64,000 nt of DNA from Isurus oxyrinchus (lineage: Eukaryota): positions 186,001 through 250,000 of the forward strand of contig JANJGN010000646.1 of the NCBI GenBank assembly GCA_026770705.1, written 5' to 3'. Below, one piece after another: positions 47,651-59,760 of this stretch. Below the pieces are notes generated by a model. It was given only the letters and a program-made list of their open reading frames with translations, made no database searches and was not told the origin of the DNA. Position numbers and translations under genes: made by a program. Position 1 is the first letter of the stretch; each line of letters starts with the position of its first letter.

Positions 47651-49328
47651 CTAGAGAACACACAGAAAGAAATCATCACTGACTCTCCGCTTTCAATCTC
47701 TCACTCTGGCTGAACAATCAAGCTTCATATCACTGCAACATTTGCTGTAATATTGACCCATCCACTGGGATTCAATGTGGAATGAATGTTTTCATTGTAA
47801 ACACTCGAAGAGTGGACAATTGGAACTTTCCCCTTAGCGTGGAACATTGGTGAGAATGGATCATTGTGCTGTTGGACTCCCTGTCCAATGTTTCTCTCCA
47901 TCGCTGTGTACAGGATTGTGCTGTGGAAAATTCTGGAAACGTTTTGTGCAGGGTGGAAATTCATCTCGGACGTGTGTGCGAATCGGACAGGATCGAGATG
48001 GACTCCCCCACGGACTTACACCCCCCGCTTAATAAACAGTTCCAATCTTTACCCAGAGAGAGGGGAGAATGTGGAACCCGCTCCCACAGGGAGTGGTTGA
48101 GGTGAACAGTATCGATGTATTTAAGGGGCAGGAGGGTCGGTAACCAGAGGGACACAGATTGACGAACCGGAGGGGGAGATGAGGAGAATTTGTTTTGACA
48201 GAGCGAGTTGTTGTGATCTGGAAGGTGCTGCCTGAAAGGGTGGTGGAAGCAGATTCAATAGGAACTTTCAAAAGGGAAATTGGAAAAATACTTTAAGTAG
48301 GAAGATGGGGGCAAAGTGGAGTGGTGGTTAGTGGATCTGATTGGATAGAACATTGAAAGACCTGGCACAGGCACAATGGACTGAATGGCCTCCTCCTGTG
48401 CTGTATCATTCTCCGTTTCCATGATCTCTCCCCCAGTCAGTAACCACTCCAGATCCCTCTTGAAGGCGACAGAGAAACAGGAACTACCACACCCACTGAC
48501 AGCACATTGCCGAGGATCCCTACTCTCTGGGAAAAGATGAACTCCCCAACATCCAGCCTATTCCTGCTTCCCAGAGAGTGTAAACCCTTCAGGGAGGCAC
48601 TGAGGAAGTTTTCAATAAAATGAGATCAAATCTACCGTTTGAGAAATAATTGAATTCCAATGAACTCACAGCTTGTGGAGCAAACTGGGAAGTGGAGTTG
48701 CTTGAAAAGCTGGGAAACACAAGGATTAAGGGCTACAATGCCACCACTGGTGGGAGGCTGTAACTACAGCGTGACGTTTACATAGGCAATCCCCATTATG
48801 AACAAGGACATTGGACATCATGTGAAATATGGGCACTGGAAAGGTGAGAACATGATGTAAGCTTTTCACCAACAGGAATTCTCCTCCTAAACCTCTCCAC
48901 CTCTCTCTTACTCTCAAATACACAAAGAAAATCACACAAATCAGATAAGGAGGATTTGGGACCGGTGATTGTTCGAAGGGTGAGCTTTCAGGAAGCTTCT
49001 TAAAGGGAGAGAGAGAGTTGGAGAGGCAGAGAGTATCTGTGAGTGTCTCTATGCATCTGAGTGTCTGTAATAGACTTTGTAATTTCCATATTCTTGCATA
49101 AATATGAATGGGAACACAAATCCCAGAATTCAGGCCAACTCTCCAGGGCAGTACTGAGGGAGGTCAGGTAGCCCACAGGGGAGTGTGTGTTAGTGTGTTT
49201 GTGTGTGAGTGTGTCTTTCTGTGTGGTCATATATGTGTGTCTGCATGTGTCTACTTAGATGTGTATGTTTGAGGGTGTTTGTGTAGTGTTCGAATCTGAG
49301 AGAGATGTTGAAGTCTGTGTACACTCAC

Positions 49329-49481
49329 GTTCCACAGTGATGGTTATGAATCCCTCCACTGCTCCATGTTCATTCTCTGCCACACACTGATAGTCTCCAG
49401 TGTCCCTGGATGTAACGTGAGGAATCACCAACCACAGCTCATTGTTGGAACTTGTTCTGTTCATTGGGACATTAAGATGTC
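49329..49481 (-). pseudogene. Gene C 5'-truncated C2 repeat exon
   Basis: Only HLNVPMNRT...ITVE and the donor remain; unrelated sequence replaces the 5' half. Confidence 0.85.
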
Positions 49482-49804
49482 AGGGAGGGAATCAAGAACC
49501 CCGTTCACAGGATTACCAACAGAAAGTGAACAACAATTTATACTTAATGGGAAGAGAGTGCTGATTGGTTGGCAAGTGGTCTCTGATAGGTGGCGGTGTT
49601 GCCATGGAGAATGGTGTGTGCGAGATGTAAAGTTTAGACAGCTTGTCTCTTCATTCAGCAATAATCAAATAAAGATCAATTAACTTCTATCGACTTTGAA
49701 GCACTTAGAGAGGCCTTAGAATGTGGATACTGAGAAAGGGCTGCACTGTCAGAGGGTCAGCGCTGAGGGAGTGCTGATGTAGAATGAAAGGTGTATGTAA
49801 TTAC

Positions 49805-50101
49805 CTTGCACAGTTAGTACGAGGGTCCGCTCCGATGAAACAGATGGATATCTCACTCTGCAGCTGAGAGTGTGTCCGTGGTGTTTGAGTGATGGGATCA
49901 GGGTCAGAACAGAAGTATAGGTCAGAGTGACACCATGCTGAGTTACAGTGTATGAGACTGATCCAGGGACGTCAGTGGGAGTGTCCCAGGTTAAGACAGG
50001 TGCTGCTGTTCCATTGCACGTTGTGTTGAAGGTGCAGCTTACATCCATACGCTTTCCTGCAATAATTTCAGCAGGGAATATCATGGGTTTATCTGTGAAT
50101 T
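49805..50101 (-). CDS. Gene C domain-2 C2 exon (intact)
   Basis: 297 nt, open, splice sites intact. Confidence 0.75.
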
Positions 50102-50959
50102 CTAACAGACAGAGAATGGATCCTTTTAGAGAAATATAACGTGAAGCATCAGTTCAAATAGAAATCACAGTCCCACAAGAGAAAGCACTTTTACAAGGAT
50201 GATATCAGAACTGAGAGGTTACAATGATCAGGAAAGATTTTCTTGCTCTTTGGCAGTAGTGTTTCTGTCTCTCAGCTTAATACGCGTTCACTCCGAGACA
50301 TGTGAATTGAGAACACTGGATGAGAGAAGAGGCTCAGACCAGAGATTGGAGTTAAAAGCAGAATACTGCAGATGCTGGAAATCTGAAACAAAAACAAAAT
50401 TGCTGGAAAGGCTCAGCAGGTCTGACAGTATCAGTGGAGAGGAAGACAGGGTTAACGTTTCGAGTCCGTATGACTCTTCATCAGACCAGAGGTTAGGGTT
50501 CACTGGCCTCTAATTTCCTCAGTGATCTGGGTGATTTATCACCTTGTGGTTTGTTGGATCTTGCTGTGCACAAACTGCCTGCTGTGTTTAACATCTGTGA
50601 CTACAATTCAGGAATAATTTCATTGGCTGTGAAGGGATTTGGATCCTCCTGAGGTGGTAAATTGCGCTGCAGAAATGCACATCTTTCTTTTATCGATACG
50701 TCAGACTTTTAAACAGGACAGGAGAGATTGATGGGAATGGATAACCTGATAATACAGTTAATGCTTTTCATCATTGATATTAAAGTGAGTATTAGAGGTT
50801 GCTTTAGGACTGAACTGGAAGCTATCACCAGGTTATTGAGAATCAGACAGTGTGTTATATTAAGCTGTGTTTTGTGTTAATATGTAAACGTCACAGTTTG
50901 TGTTATTTCCCATTGAGTGTTGAATGTGAATTGTTGAGTAATTATAACGCAGCACTTAC

Positions 50960-50991
50960 CAGAAACATGAAGCCGGGTTACAGGGTAATAG
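50960..50991 (-). pseudogene. Gene C V-set remnant (YYPVTRLHVS)
   Basis: Last ~32 nt of the V exon joined directly to upstream intron sequence; acceptor and ~340 nt deleted. Confidence 0.85.
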
Positions 50992-51681
50992 AAATGTCAA
51001 TATTTAACTCTGGATGGTTTGTCAATCCACTAGACTTGATATCCACTCCCTCCATCACTGGGGCACAGTGGCTGCTGTGTGGACCATCTACAGGACTCAC
51101 AAGGAACTCCCCAAGGTTTCACAATGGATGGAAGAGAATCCTGGTCACAGGAGTGGACAAGTTCATTCTACATTGGCTCATGGTCCTCAGGACCATGTTT
51201 AGTGAAGCCAGTCTTCCACCCAACACAGTGTCTACAAGATACACAGGGAAACTGTGTAAACATCTCATCTCTCTACACCGACTGGTTTGGCTTCGGTTTA
51301 ACTTTCAGTTATTTTACTTCTTTATTGTGGTTGCTATGGTGAAACTGTGCAGGAAGTGTGAGGGCTGGACTCTCTGTCTATTCTGACTGCAGCTGTGATG
51401 TTGTCGTGGTGATTGTCAGTAAAATGAAACCCTCTCATCTCCTCCATCCCCGAGGTTTAGGGAGTGAATTCCAGAGCTCAGGCCCCAGGCAGCTGAAGGC
51501 CCGGCCGCCAGTATTGGAGTGATGGGAATCGGGGGATGGTCAAGAGGCCGGAATTGGAGTAACACAGAGATCTGGGAAGTTGTTTGGGTGAGTTGCAGGA
51601 GGTTACAGAGATAAAGAGATAAGAATGATCTTTTACAAAGACTGTTAAACATAAATCTGTTCGAGCTGATGATGATATTAC

Positions 51682-51742
51682 CTTGGAGAAGTGACAGGAG
51701 GAAGTAGATTTCCCGACCATCGTCCACTCCCAGATATTCCAT
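51682..51742 (-). pseudogene. Gene C leader exon with a 1-nt deletion
   Basis: 39 nt from the homologous ATG (51720) to the donor instead of 40; an upstream ATG at 51742 restores the frame. Confidence 0.75.
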
Positions 51743-52170
51743 CCACTTCTCACTCTCAAGCTGTGAAAGAGAAAGGAGTTAATGAGACCTCACCTCTTGT
51801 CCGACAGCTCTCGAGAGATCAGAACTGCTTTTAGACAATGCCTTCACAGACTAATTTCATTCTCTGTGGGATGATAGGTGCTCTGCAGAGAGTTACAAGT
51901 CTTTAAGTAAGACAAACAATGAAGGATTTGCATTTCTATAGCACCTTTCACCACCTCAGGACACCCCAAAGCTCATGTCTCTGCAGTTCCCTCATCCCTT
52001 GAGCTAGAAAGATGTTCTGTACAACAGACTTGAGCCTCACACCCAGATCTCAATAATCAGTAGAAATCTTTCAAAGGCATCAATCATTGGAATCTGTCTT
52101 TATAAAGTCACAACATCAACAAAGGACGGTGTTGGTGGTGGAAGTGAATTCCAGTCGTTCCGTTACTTAC

Positions 52171-52312
52171 CCAGGACCTGTCCGACTGCTCGCCTGGGGA
52201 GGAACTGCCCACACGCTCTGCTTGGGCTGAATGACCTCTTCCTGTGCTGCTCCCTATTTGTGTTTAATTAGAAAGGGTGGATGTGTCTCTGTGAGACAAA
52301 ATTGGAAGTGCT
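52171..52312 (-). promoter_or_regulatory. Putative first exon / promoter module of gene C
   Basis: Copy of the 21117 module; the ETS core reads TTGGAAGTG here. Confidence 0.45.
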
Positions 52313-52419
52313 TGGTACCAAGTGTGAAAGCAGCTCTTTGCCTCGCACTGTTAGAAAACTGTTAGCCCTTTGCGTGCCAAGAATGTGGTTGAAGGGCCAT
52401 CGACTGTTCACATGCAACA

Positions 52420-53730
52420 AGCTCGAGGGGTTGACTGGGCCTCTTCCTGTTCCTGTGTAACAGGTGTGAGTAGCTGAATGGACCTCCTCCTGTTCCTGTG
52501 TAACAGGCTCCAGGTGCTGAATGCCCTCCCCCTGTCCTTGTGTAACAGGCTCGAGTGTCCGAATAGGCCTCCTCCTGTTCCTGTGTAACAGGCTCGAGGG
52601 GCTGAATGGATCTCCTTGTGTTCCTGTGTTACAGGTTAGAGGGTCTGAATGGGCCTCCACCTGTTCCTGTGTAACAGGCTTGAGTGGCTGAATGGGCCTC
52701 CTCCTGTTCCTGTGTAACAGGCTTGAGGGGCTGAATGGGCCTCCTCCTGTTCCTGTGTAACAGGCTCGAGGGGCTGAATGGGCCTCCTCCTGTTCCTGTG
52801 TAACAGGCTTGATGGGGCTGAATGGAGCCCCTAATGTTCCTGTGTAACAAGCTTGTGGAGGCTGAATGGGTCTCCTGTACCTGTGTAACAGGCTCAAGGG
52901 GACAGAATGGACCTCCTCCTGTTCCTGTGTAACAGTCACGAGTGACTGAATGGGTTTCCTATTCCTGTGTAAGTGGGTTGAGAGACTGAATGTGCTCTTC
53001 CTGTTCCTGGGTAACAGGCTCGAGGAGCTGAGACTCTCTCCTGTTCCTGTGGAAGGGTGTTGAGGGACTGAATGTCCTTTTCCTGTTCCTGTATAATAGG
53101 CTCAAGAGGCTGATGGGCTTTCTCCTGTCCTCATGTAACAGGCTTGAGTGGCTGAATAGGCCTCCTCCTGTTCCTGTGTAACAGGCTCGAGGGGCTGTAT
53201 TGTCCTAATCCTGTTCCTGTGTAATAGGCTTGAGTAGCTGAATGGACCTCCTCCTCTTGCTGTGTAACAAGCTCGAGGGGGCTGAATGGGCCTCCTCCTG
53301 TTCCTGTGTAACAAGCTCGAGGGGGCTGAATGGGCCTCCTCCTGTTCCTGTGTAACAAGCTCGAGGGGGCTGATTGGACCTCCTCCTGTTCCTGTGTAAC
53401 AGGCTCGAGGGGGCTGAATGGGCCTCCTCCTGTTCCTGTGTAACAGGCTCGAGGGGCTGAATGGGCCTCCTCCTGTTCCTGTGTAACAGGTACGAGGGGG
53501 CTGAATGGCCTCCTGCTGTTCCTGTGTAACAGGATCAAGAGGCTGAATGGGCCTCCTCCTGTTCCTGTGTAACAAGCTTGAGGGGGCTGAATGGGCCTCC
53601 TCCTGTTCCTGTGTAACAGGCTCGAGGGGGCTGAATGTGCCTCCTCCTGTTCCTGTGTAACAGGCTCGAGGGGGCTGAATGGCCTCCTGCTGTTCCTGTG
53701 TAACAGGATCAAGAGGCTGAATGTCCTCCT
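52420..53730 (+). repeat. ~43-bp minisatellite (GGCTCGAGGGGCTGAATGGGCCTCCTCCTGTTCCTGTGTAACA), ~30 copies
   Basis: Direct inspection; unit resembles the CR1 3' tail. Confidence 0.93.
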
Positions 53731-55066
53731 GTCATTAAAAATAAATACTGCAGATGCTGTAAATCTGAAATAAAAACAGAAAATGCTGCATTAACTCAGC
53801 AGGTCTGGCAGCAGCTGTGGAGAGAGAAACAGAGTTTTTGCTTTGAGACACTCAAGAAGGGTCATACGGACTCGAAATGTTAATTCTGTTTATCTCTGCA
53901 CAGATGCTGCCAGACCTACTCAGTTTCTCCAGCATTTTCTGTTTTTGTATCAGGTGCCCTCTTGTTCCCGTGTAGCAGGTTCGAGGGGGCTGAATGGCCT
54001 CCTCCTGTTCCTATTCAATGGGCAGTCAAAGAATGTCTGATTTTGGACCTCAAACCCAATTGTCTCCTCACGACATTGACAGAAGGAGAGACCAGTTACA
54101 GGTTAATGCAGGAGGATTATTTATTTTCCCAATCTTTTATCCAAGCATCTCATCAAACACAGAGCAGAACCAGGATCAAGGATGTTGGTCTCTGTGATCT
54201 GTAACACATCGCACAGTCCACCCATCCACTCAGCCTTCAGGATGGATGCTAATTGTACTCTCCAAGTGTGAAAGATTAACATGGTGGTTTATTGCAGCTC
54301 TGTCTCATTCTGCTATCAAAGCTGTCTCATCCATCCATGACATATTGAAGAAGGTAAACCTGCAACCAATTTTTCACATCATAATTTCCTATGTTCATTG
54401 GCAACATCAATGTAAACATGTCACGCTGAAATGATGTCCTGCCACCAGTGGTGGCACTGTATCAGATCTGTTATCCTCTGAGCTGCAGAGAATTTCTCAA
54501 ATCTCCAATCAAATTGTTTCCCTGTTTCCCAGATTGCTGTTAGTTTTGCTCTTTAACGATGAAGTGTAAAATCCAAATATATATCTGAAAATACATTTGA
54601 CTACAAAATGCTGAGTAAATTTTGCCAATCTCCTCTGCTCCAATTATCCACCGATCCTGCATTTCCTGAAGTCTACACTGGCTGATGAATATTCTGTAAA
54701 CACTGACAGACAGGAAGGTGAATAACAGAATGAAAATTAACTCATAATCATGGACACGGGATTGAATTTGTCCGTTCTGTCCTGGTACATCATCGAACGA
54801 TATCTAAAGACATTTACAATCAGATTGGAGAGAAGTATGTTTCCAACAGTGAGGGACAAATCTGAAGGAGGATGTTCGAATTGAAACCCACAGACAATCA
54901 TCCTGGATAGATCATTCCGAAGAAATTCCATCAGATTGTAACAAGAGGTTTAAATCTATTTCCTGGGAGTGAGTTCCTGTGGATATTAGGAAGGTAAATT
55001 GGAGTTTTGAATGATTCTCCCGTTCTGTATTCTCCCCACACTGTGTGTGTCTCATTCTTGCTCAGT

Positions 55067-55183
55067 TTATAAATTCCCATAAACAGAATCCTTGGCAAAT
55101 TCACAGTTTGCGTAAAGATCATCATCTGTATCAGGATTGACTCCGCGGTTAGATTTCATTTCCAGATCCTTCTCATCTTTCTT
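55067..55183 (-). CDS. Gene D terminal exon KKDEKDLEMKSNRGVNPDTDDDLYANCEFAKDSVYGNL*
   Basis: tttctattacag acceptor, phase 0; acidic stretch with two Tyr motifs. Confidence 0.75.
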   Translation of the reverse strand, partial: KKDEKDLEMKSNRGVNPDTDDDLYANCEFAKDSVYGNL

Positions 55184-58100
55184 CTGTAATAGAAACAGAA
55201 ATGATCAGAGTGACAATCAGAGTGATCAGTGTTTAGAATTATTGAACCAAATCGAAAATTCCACCCACAATAGATACATTAATTATTGATACTGAACGGG
55301 GTTTGATTATTGATACTGAACGGTGTTTGATTATTGATAATGAACGGAGTTTGATTATTGATAATGAACGGGGTTTGATTATTGATACTGAACGGAGTTT
55401 GATTATTGAATCTGAACGGGGTTTGATTATTGATTCTGAACGGGGTTTGATTATTGATTCTGAACGGCGTTTGATTATTGAAACTGAATGGGGATTGATT
55501 ATTGATTCTGAATGGGGTTTGATTATTGATACTGAACGAGGTTTGATTATTGATTCTGAACGGGGTTTGATTATTGATACTGAACGGGGTTTGATTATTG
55601 ATACTGAACGGGTTTTGATTATTGATTCTGAACAGTGTTGGGTGTGAGTTTGGTTGGGTTTGGGAGTGACTGTATAAAACATTGCAGATACAGGACTGGA
55701 GCAGCCATATCAATAACCAGGCTACTGGAGCAGCTGAGAGGCTGGGGATCCTGTGGTGTGTGACTCACCTGATTCCTCAAAGCCCAACCACGCTCACAGT
55801 TTTCATAAACAGGACCTCGATATTCATCAGCATGATGGTTCGATTTGATTCCTGCTTTCCCCTCGCCTCTCTTCTGTAATAGAGATGGAAATGGACAGAG
55901 TGACAATCAACATGATGTGTATTCGGTGTTGGGTTTGATTATTGGGGAGAGAGTTCCAGATTTCCACTCCCCTTTGTGTGAAGAAGTGCTTCCTGACATC
56001 ACCCCTGAACGGCCTGGCTCCAATCTGAAGTTCCAGCCCCCTTGTTCTGGACTCCACCCGACCCCCACCACCCACCCCCACCCGAGGGAATAGCTTCTCT
56101 CTATCGACCCTATCGAGTGTTTAATCAGTTTGAACCCCTCAGTTAGATCACTCCTTAATCTTCTAGACCCGAGGGAATATAATCGTAGACTGTGTGTAAC
56201 CTGTCTGCACAATTTAACCAGAAAGATGTTCCGTACAACTGACCTGAGACTCACACCCAGATCTCAATAATCAGTAGAAATCTTTCAAAGGCATCAATCA
56301 TTGGTATCTGTCTTTATAAAGTCACAACATCAACAAAGGACGGTGTTGGTCATGGAAGTGAATTCCAATCGTTCCGTTACTTACCCAGGACCTGTCCGAC
56401 TGCTCGCCTGGGGAGGAACTGCCCACACGCTCTGCTTGGGCTGAATGACCTCTTCCTGTGCTGCTCCCTCTGTGTGTTTAATGAGAAAGGGTTGATGTGT
56501 CACTGTGAGTCAAATCAGGAATTGGGGAACAATTGTGAAAACCCTTTCACTGAAACTTAGGGCCTTAGTGTTGTGTTGTAAGCAAACTGTTAACCTTTTG
56601 TGTCCTGACTCTGTGACGTGATTCCTGTGTAAAGCTGAGCAGTCGTTGAGCGAGTTTCAATTCACTGCTCACTCCAGGTGTTGAGGTGGATCTTCTGAAG
56701 GAACAGATGTTGCTCAGCGCTCGTTTAAAATGTGTGAGACTGAACAATGTGTAAGAGAACGAGAGAAAGAATGAGAAGGAGAGCATTAGTGGAGTTTGGA
56801 GAGAGAGTGAATGAGAGAGAGAATGAGAAGGAGAGTATTAGTGGAGATAAGAGAGAGAGTGAATTAGACAGTGAAAATGGAAAGAGATTGCATTCACTAA
56901 CAAAAGAAATGTCTTCATTTATATGTTCCCTTTCACATCCTCAGGAAGTCACAAGGTATTTTATGGTCCAGGTCAACACTGCCAGTTACAGGACTGAGTT
57001 GTGAAACATTGAGTGTTGGATGAGATGTGAAACAGTGAGTGAACATCAAAGCTCTTCAGGGGTTGTGGAGGGTTTTGGGTTGTGAAAGGTGCTATAGAAA
57101 TGCAAGTTCTTTCTATAAGGAGCGAAGGTTGAAGAAAACATGTTCAAAGACAATTAAACCTTCACACTTACTTTCTCACACACTTGAAGATGAAGAATCC
57201 ACTCAGTCCAACACTCAAACAGATTCCAGCTCCAAGCAATCCTGCTTTCCATTCATTGGAATCTCGCCCTGTAAAATCAGCCAATGAATGACTCCGGTAC
57301 AGTTTGAGAATGGTTCCCTATGTACATGTAGTAATTCTGAACTTGTGAAGTGATATTGTCTATGCATGAAAGGTCTATACAAATAACATTTATCTATGTA
57401 ATATTTATTGATAATATCCATGTACATGCAGGTTTCTATAAGGAGGATTCACATATAACAGAGGTGCCAAGCTGCTGAGGTGACACACAGGACTACATAC
57501 ACACCAAACAGCGGAAACATCATGCTATAGACAGAGCAAAGCGATCCCAACGGGTCAGATCTAAGCTCTGCAGTCCTGCCACATCCAGTCATGAATGGTG
57601 ATGGACAACTAAAGATCTAACAGGAGGAGGATGTTCCACAAATATCCCCATCCTTAATGATGGGGGAGCTCAGCACATCAGTGCAAACGACAAGGCTGAA
57701 GCATTGGCAACCATGTTCAGCCAGAAGTGCTGAGTGGATGATCCATCTCGGCCTCCTCCAGAGGGTCCGAGCATCACAGATGTCAGCTTTCAGACAATTC
57801 GATTGACTCCACGTGACATCAGGAATCAGCTGATGATACTGGATACAGCAAATGCTATTGGCCCTGGCAACAACCCGGCAACAGGAAATAATGTGGCTAC
57901 AAGAGCGGGTAAGAGGCTGGGAACTCTGCGGTGAGTAACTCACCTCCTGACTCCCCAAAGCCTTTCCACCATCGACAAGGCACAAGTCAGGAGTGTGATG
58001 GAATAATCTCCAATTTCCTGAATAAGTGCAGCTCCAACAACACTCAAGAAGCTCGACACCATCCAGGAGCAGCTTGTTTGATCGACAGCCCATCCACCAG

Positions 58101-59713
58101 CATAAACATTCATACCCTCCACCACTGGCACACAATGGCAGCAGTGTGCACCATCTACAAGATGCACTGCAGCAACACACCAAGGCTCCTTCGACAGCAC
58201 CTTCCAAACCCTTAACCTCTTCCACCAAGACAGTTCCAAGTCAGTGTGGTGTGTGACTTGGAGGTGAACTTGAGGTGTTGATCTTCTATGAGACTTGGAA
58301 CTATATCGGCCGTTCCTTCACCGTTGCTGGGTCAAAATCCTGGAACTCCCTCCCTAACAGCACTGTGGGTGTGCCTACACCACATGGACTGCAGTGGTTA
58401 AAGAAGGCAGCTCACCACCACCTTCTCAAGGGGCAGTTACAGATGGGCAATAATTTCTGGCCTTGTCAACAATGCCCACATCCCATGAGCTAATAACAAG
58501 AGAACATTCAACTCTGTGTAACTCACATTCCACAGTGATGGTTATGAACCCCTCCACTGCTCCATGTTCATTCTCTGCCACACACTGATAGTCTCCAGTG
58601 TCCCTGGATGTAACGTGAGGAATCACCAACCACAGCTCATTGTTGGAACTGGTTCTGTTCATTGGGACATTAAGATGTTGCCACGTCAGGTTAGAAGCTG
58701 GGAAGCTCTCGACAGAGCAGATTATCACTGCAGAATTCCCCTCAATTATATTGATCGATGAAGCGTTAATCAAATCAAGAGAAGTAATTGAGAGATTCCG
58801 TGGTGCATCTAAAAACAAATAAAGGTTTCATTGTGAGCAAACACAGTGCACAGCAAGACTCCAGGTATCATCTCTCTCCATCTGGTGTCTATGTGCATGT
58901 CAAGGCTTCTTTCTCCATTATAAGTTTCTATGTCACCATTTGTAACAGACACTGCCAGTGTGTTCCTTTTTGCATATTCATGGGAAGTGGATGTATCTAT
59001 CTAGACCAGCATTTATTACCCATCCCTAATTGCCCTTGAGGAGGTGGTGGTGAGTTTTTCACCTCCAGAGGATTCCCAGCCTCTGACCGGCTCATGTAGC
59101 CACAGTATTTATGGCCGGTCCAGTTCGGTGTTTGGTTAACATCCCCCAGGATGTTGATTGTGGGGGATTCAGTGATAGTAAACTCACTGAACATCAAGGG
59201 GAGATGGTTAGATTCTCTCTTGTTGGACATGATCACTGCCTGGTGCTTGTGATGCATTAATTCTCATTTCTCAGCCCAAGCTGAGTGTTATTCAGCTCTT
59301 GCTGCATGTGGATATGTAAACTGTCACGCTGTAATTACAGCCTTCCACCAGAGGAGACACTGTCAGGCTAGAAGAAAACAAAATGTCTTTCACATCATCA
59401 GGAGGTTCACAGGGATTTGACAGTGGAGGAATTGCTTTAGAATAATGGAGTATTGAGTGATAAACCTACAATTCTCTGTGCAGGTGACAGCTCGTCCAAT
59501 ACAGGGTCTTGTTCAGCTGATATTGTCAGTGTTTCAGAGCAGAATCTGGAGCAACACTCCAGTGCAGCACAGGGAGAACAGACAACTCACACATGTCTGT
59601 GGGTGTGTGTGAGCAAGCACACGTGTGATTCTGTATGTATGCTTCTGTGTGTGAGCATGCAGGCGTGCACACCTGTGCACATGTGGGATTGCACATGAAT
59701 GCTTGTTTGTATG

Positions 59714-59760
<47 letters not shown>

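Larger units (their letters stand above)
47511..51742 (-). pseudogene. Gene C: activating-type Siglec-like gene with a damaged ectodomain
   Basis: Leader frameshift, V exon deleted, C2 repeat truncated; domain-2 exon and Arg-TM exon intact. Confidence 0.75.

Noticed and set aside
52268-55713. Periodic ORFs over the 43-bp and 24-bp arrays
   Set aside because: Minisatellite artefacts.
57172-57268. Lys residues in the gene D TM exon as an activating signature
   Set aside because: Both Lys residues lie at the helix edges (WK.., ..FKCVRK), not mid-membrane.
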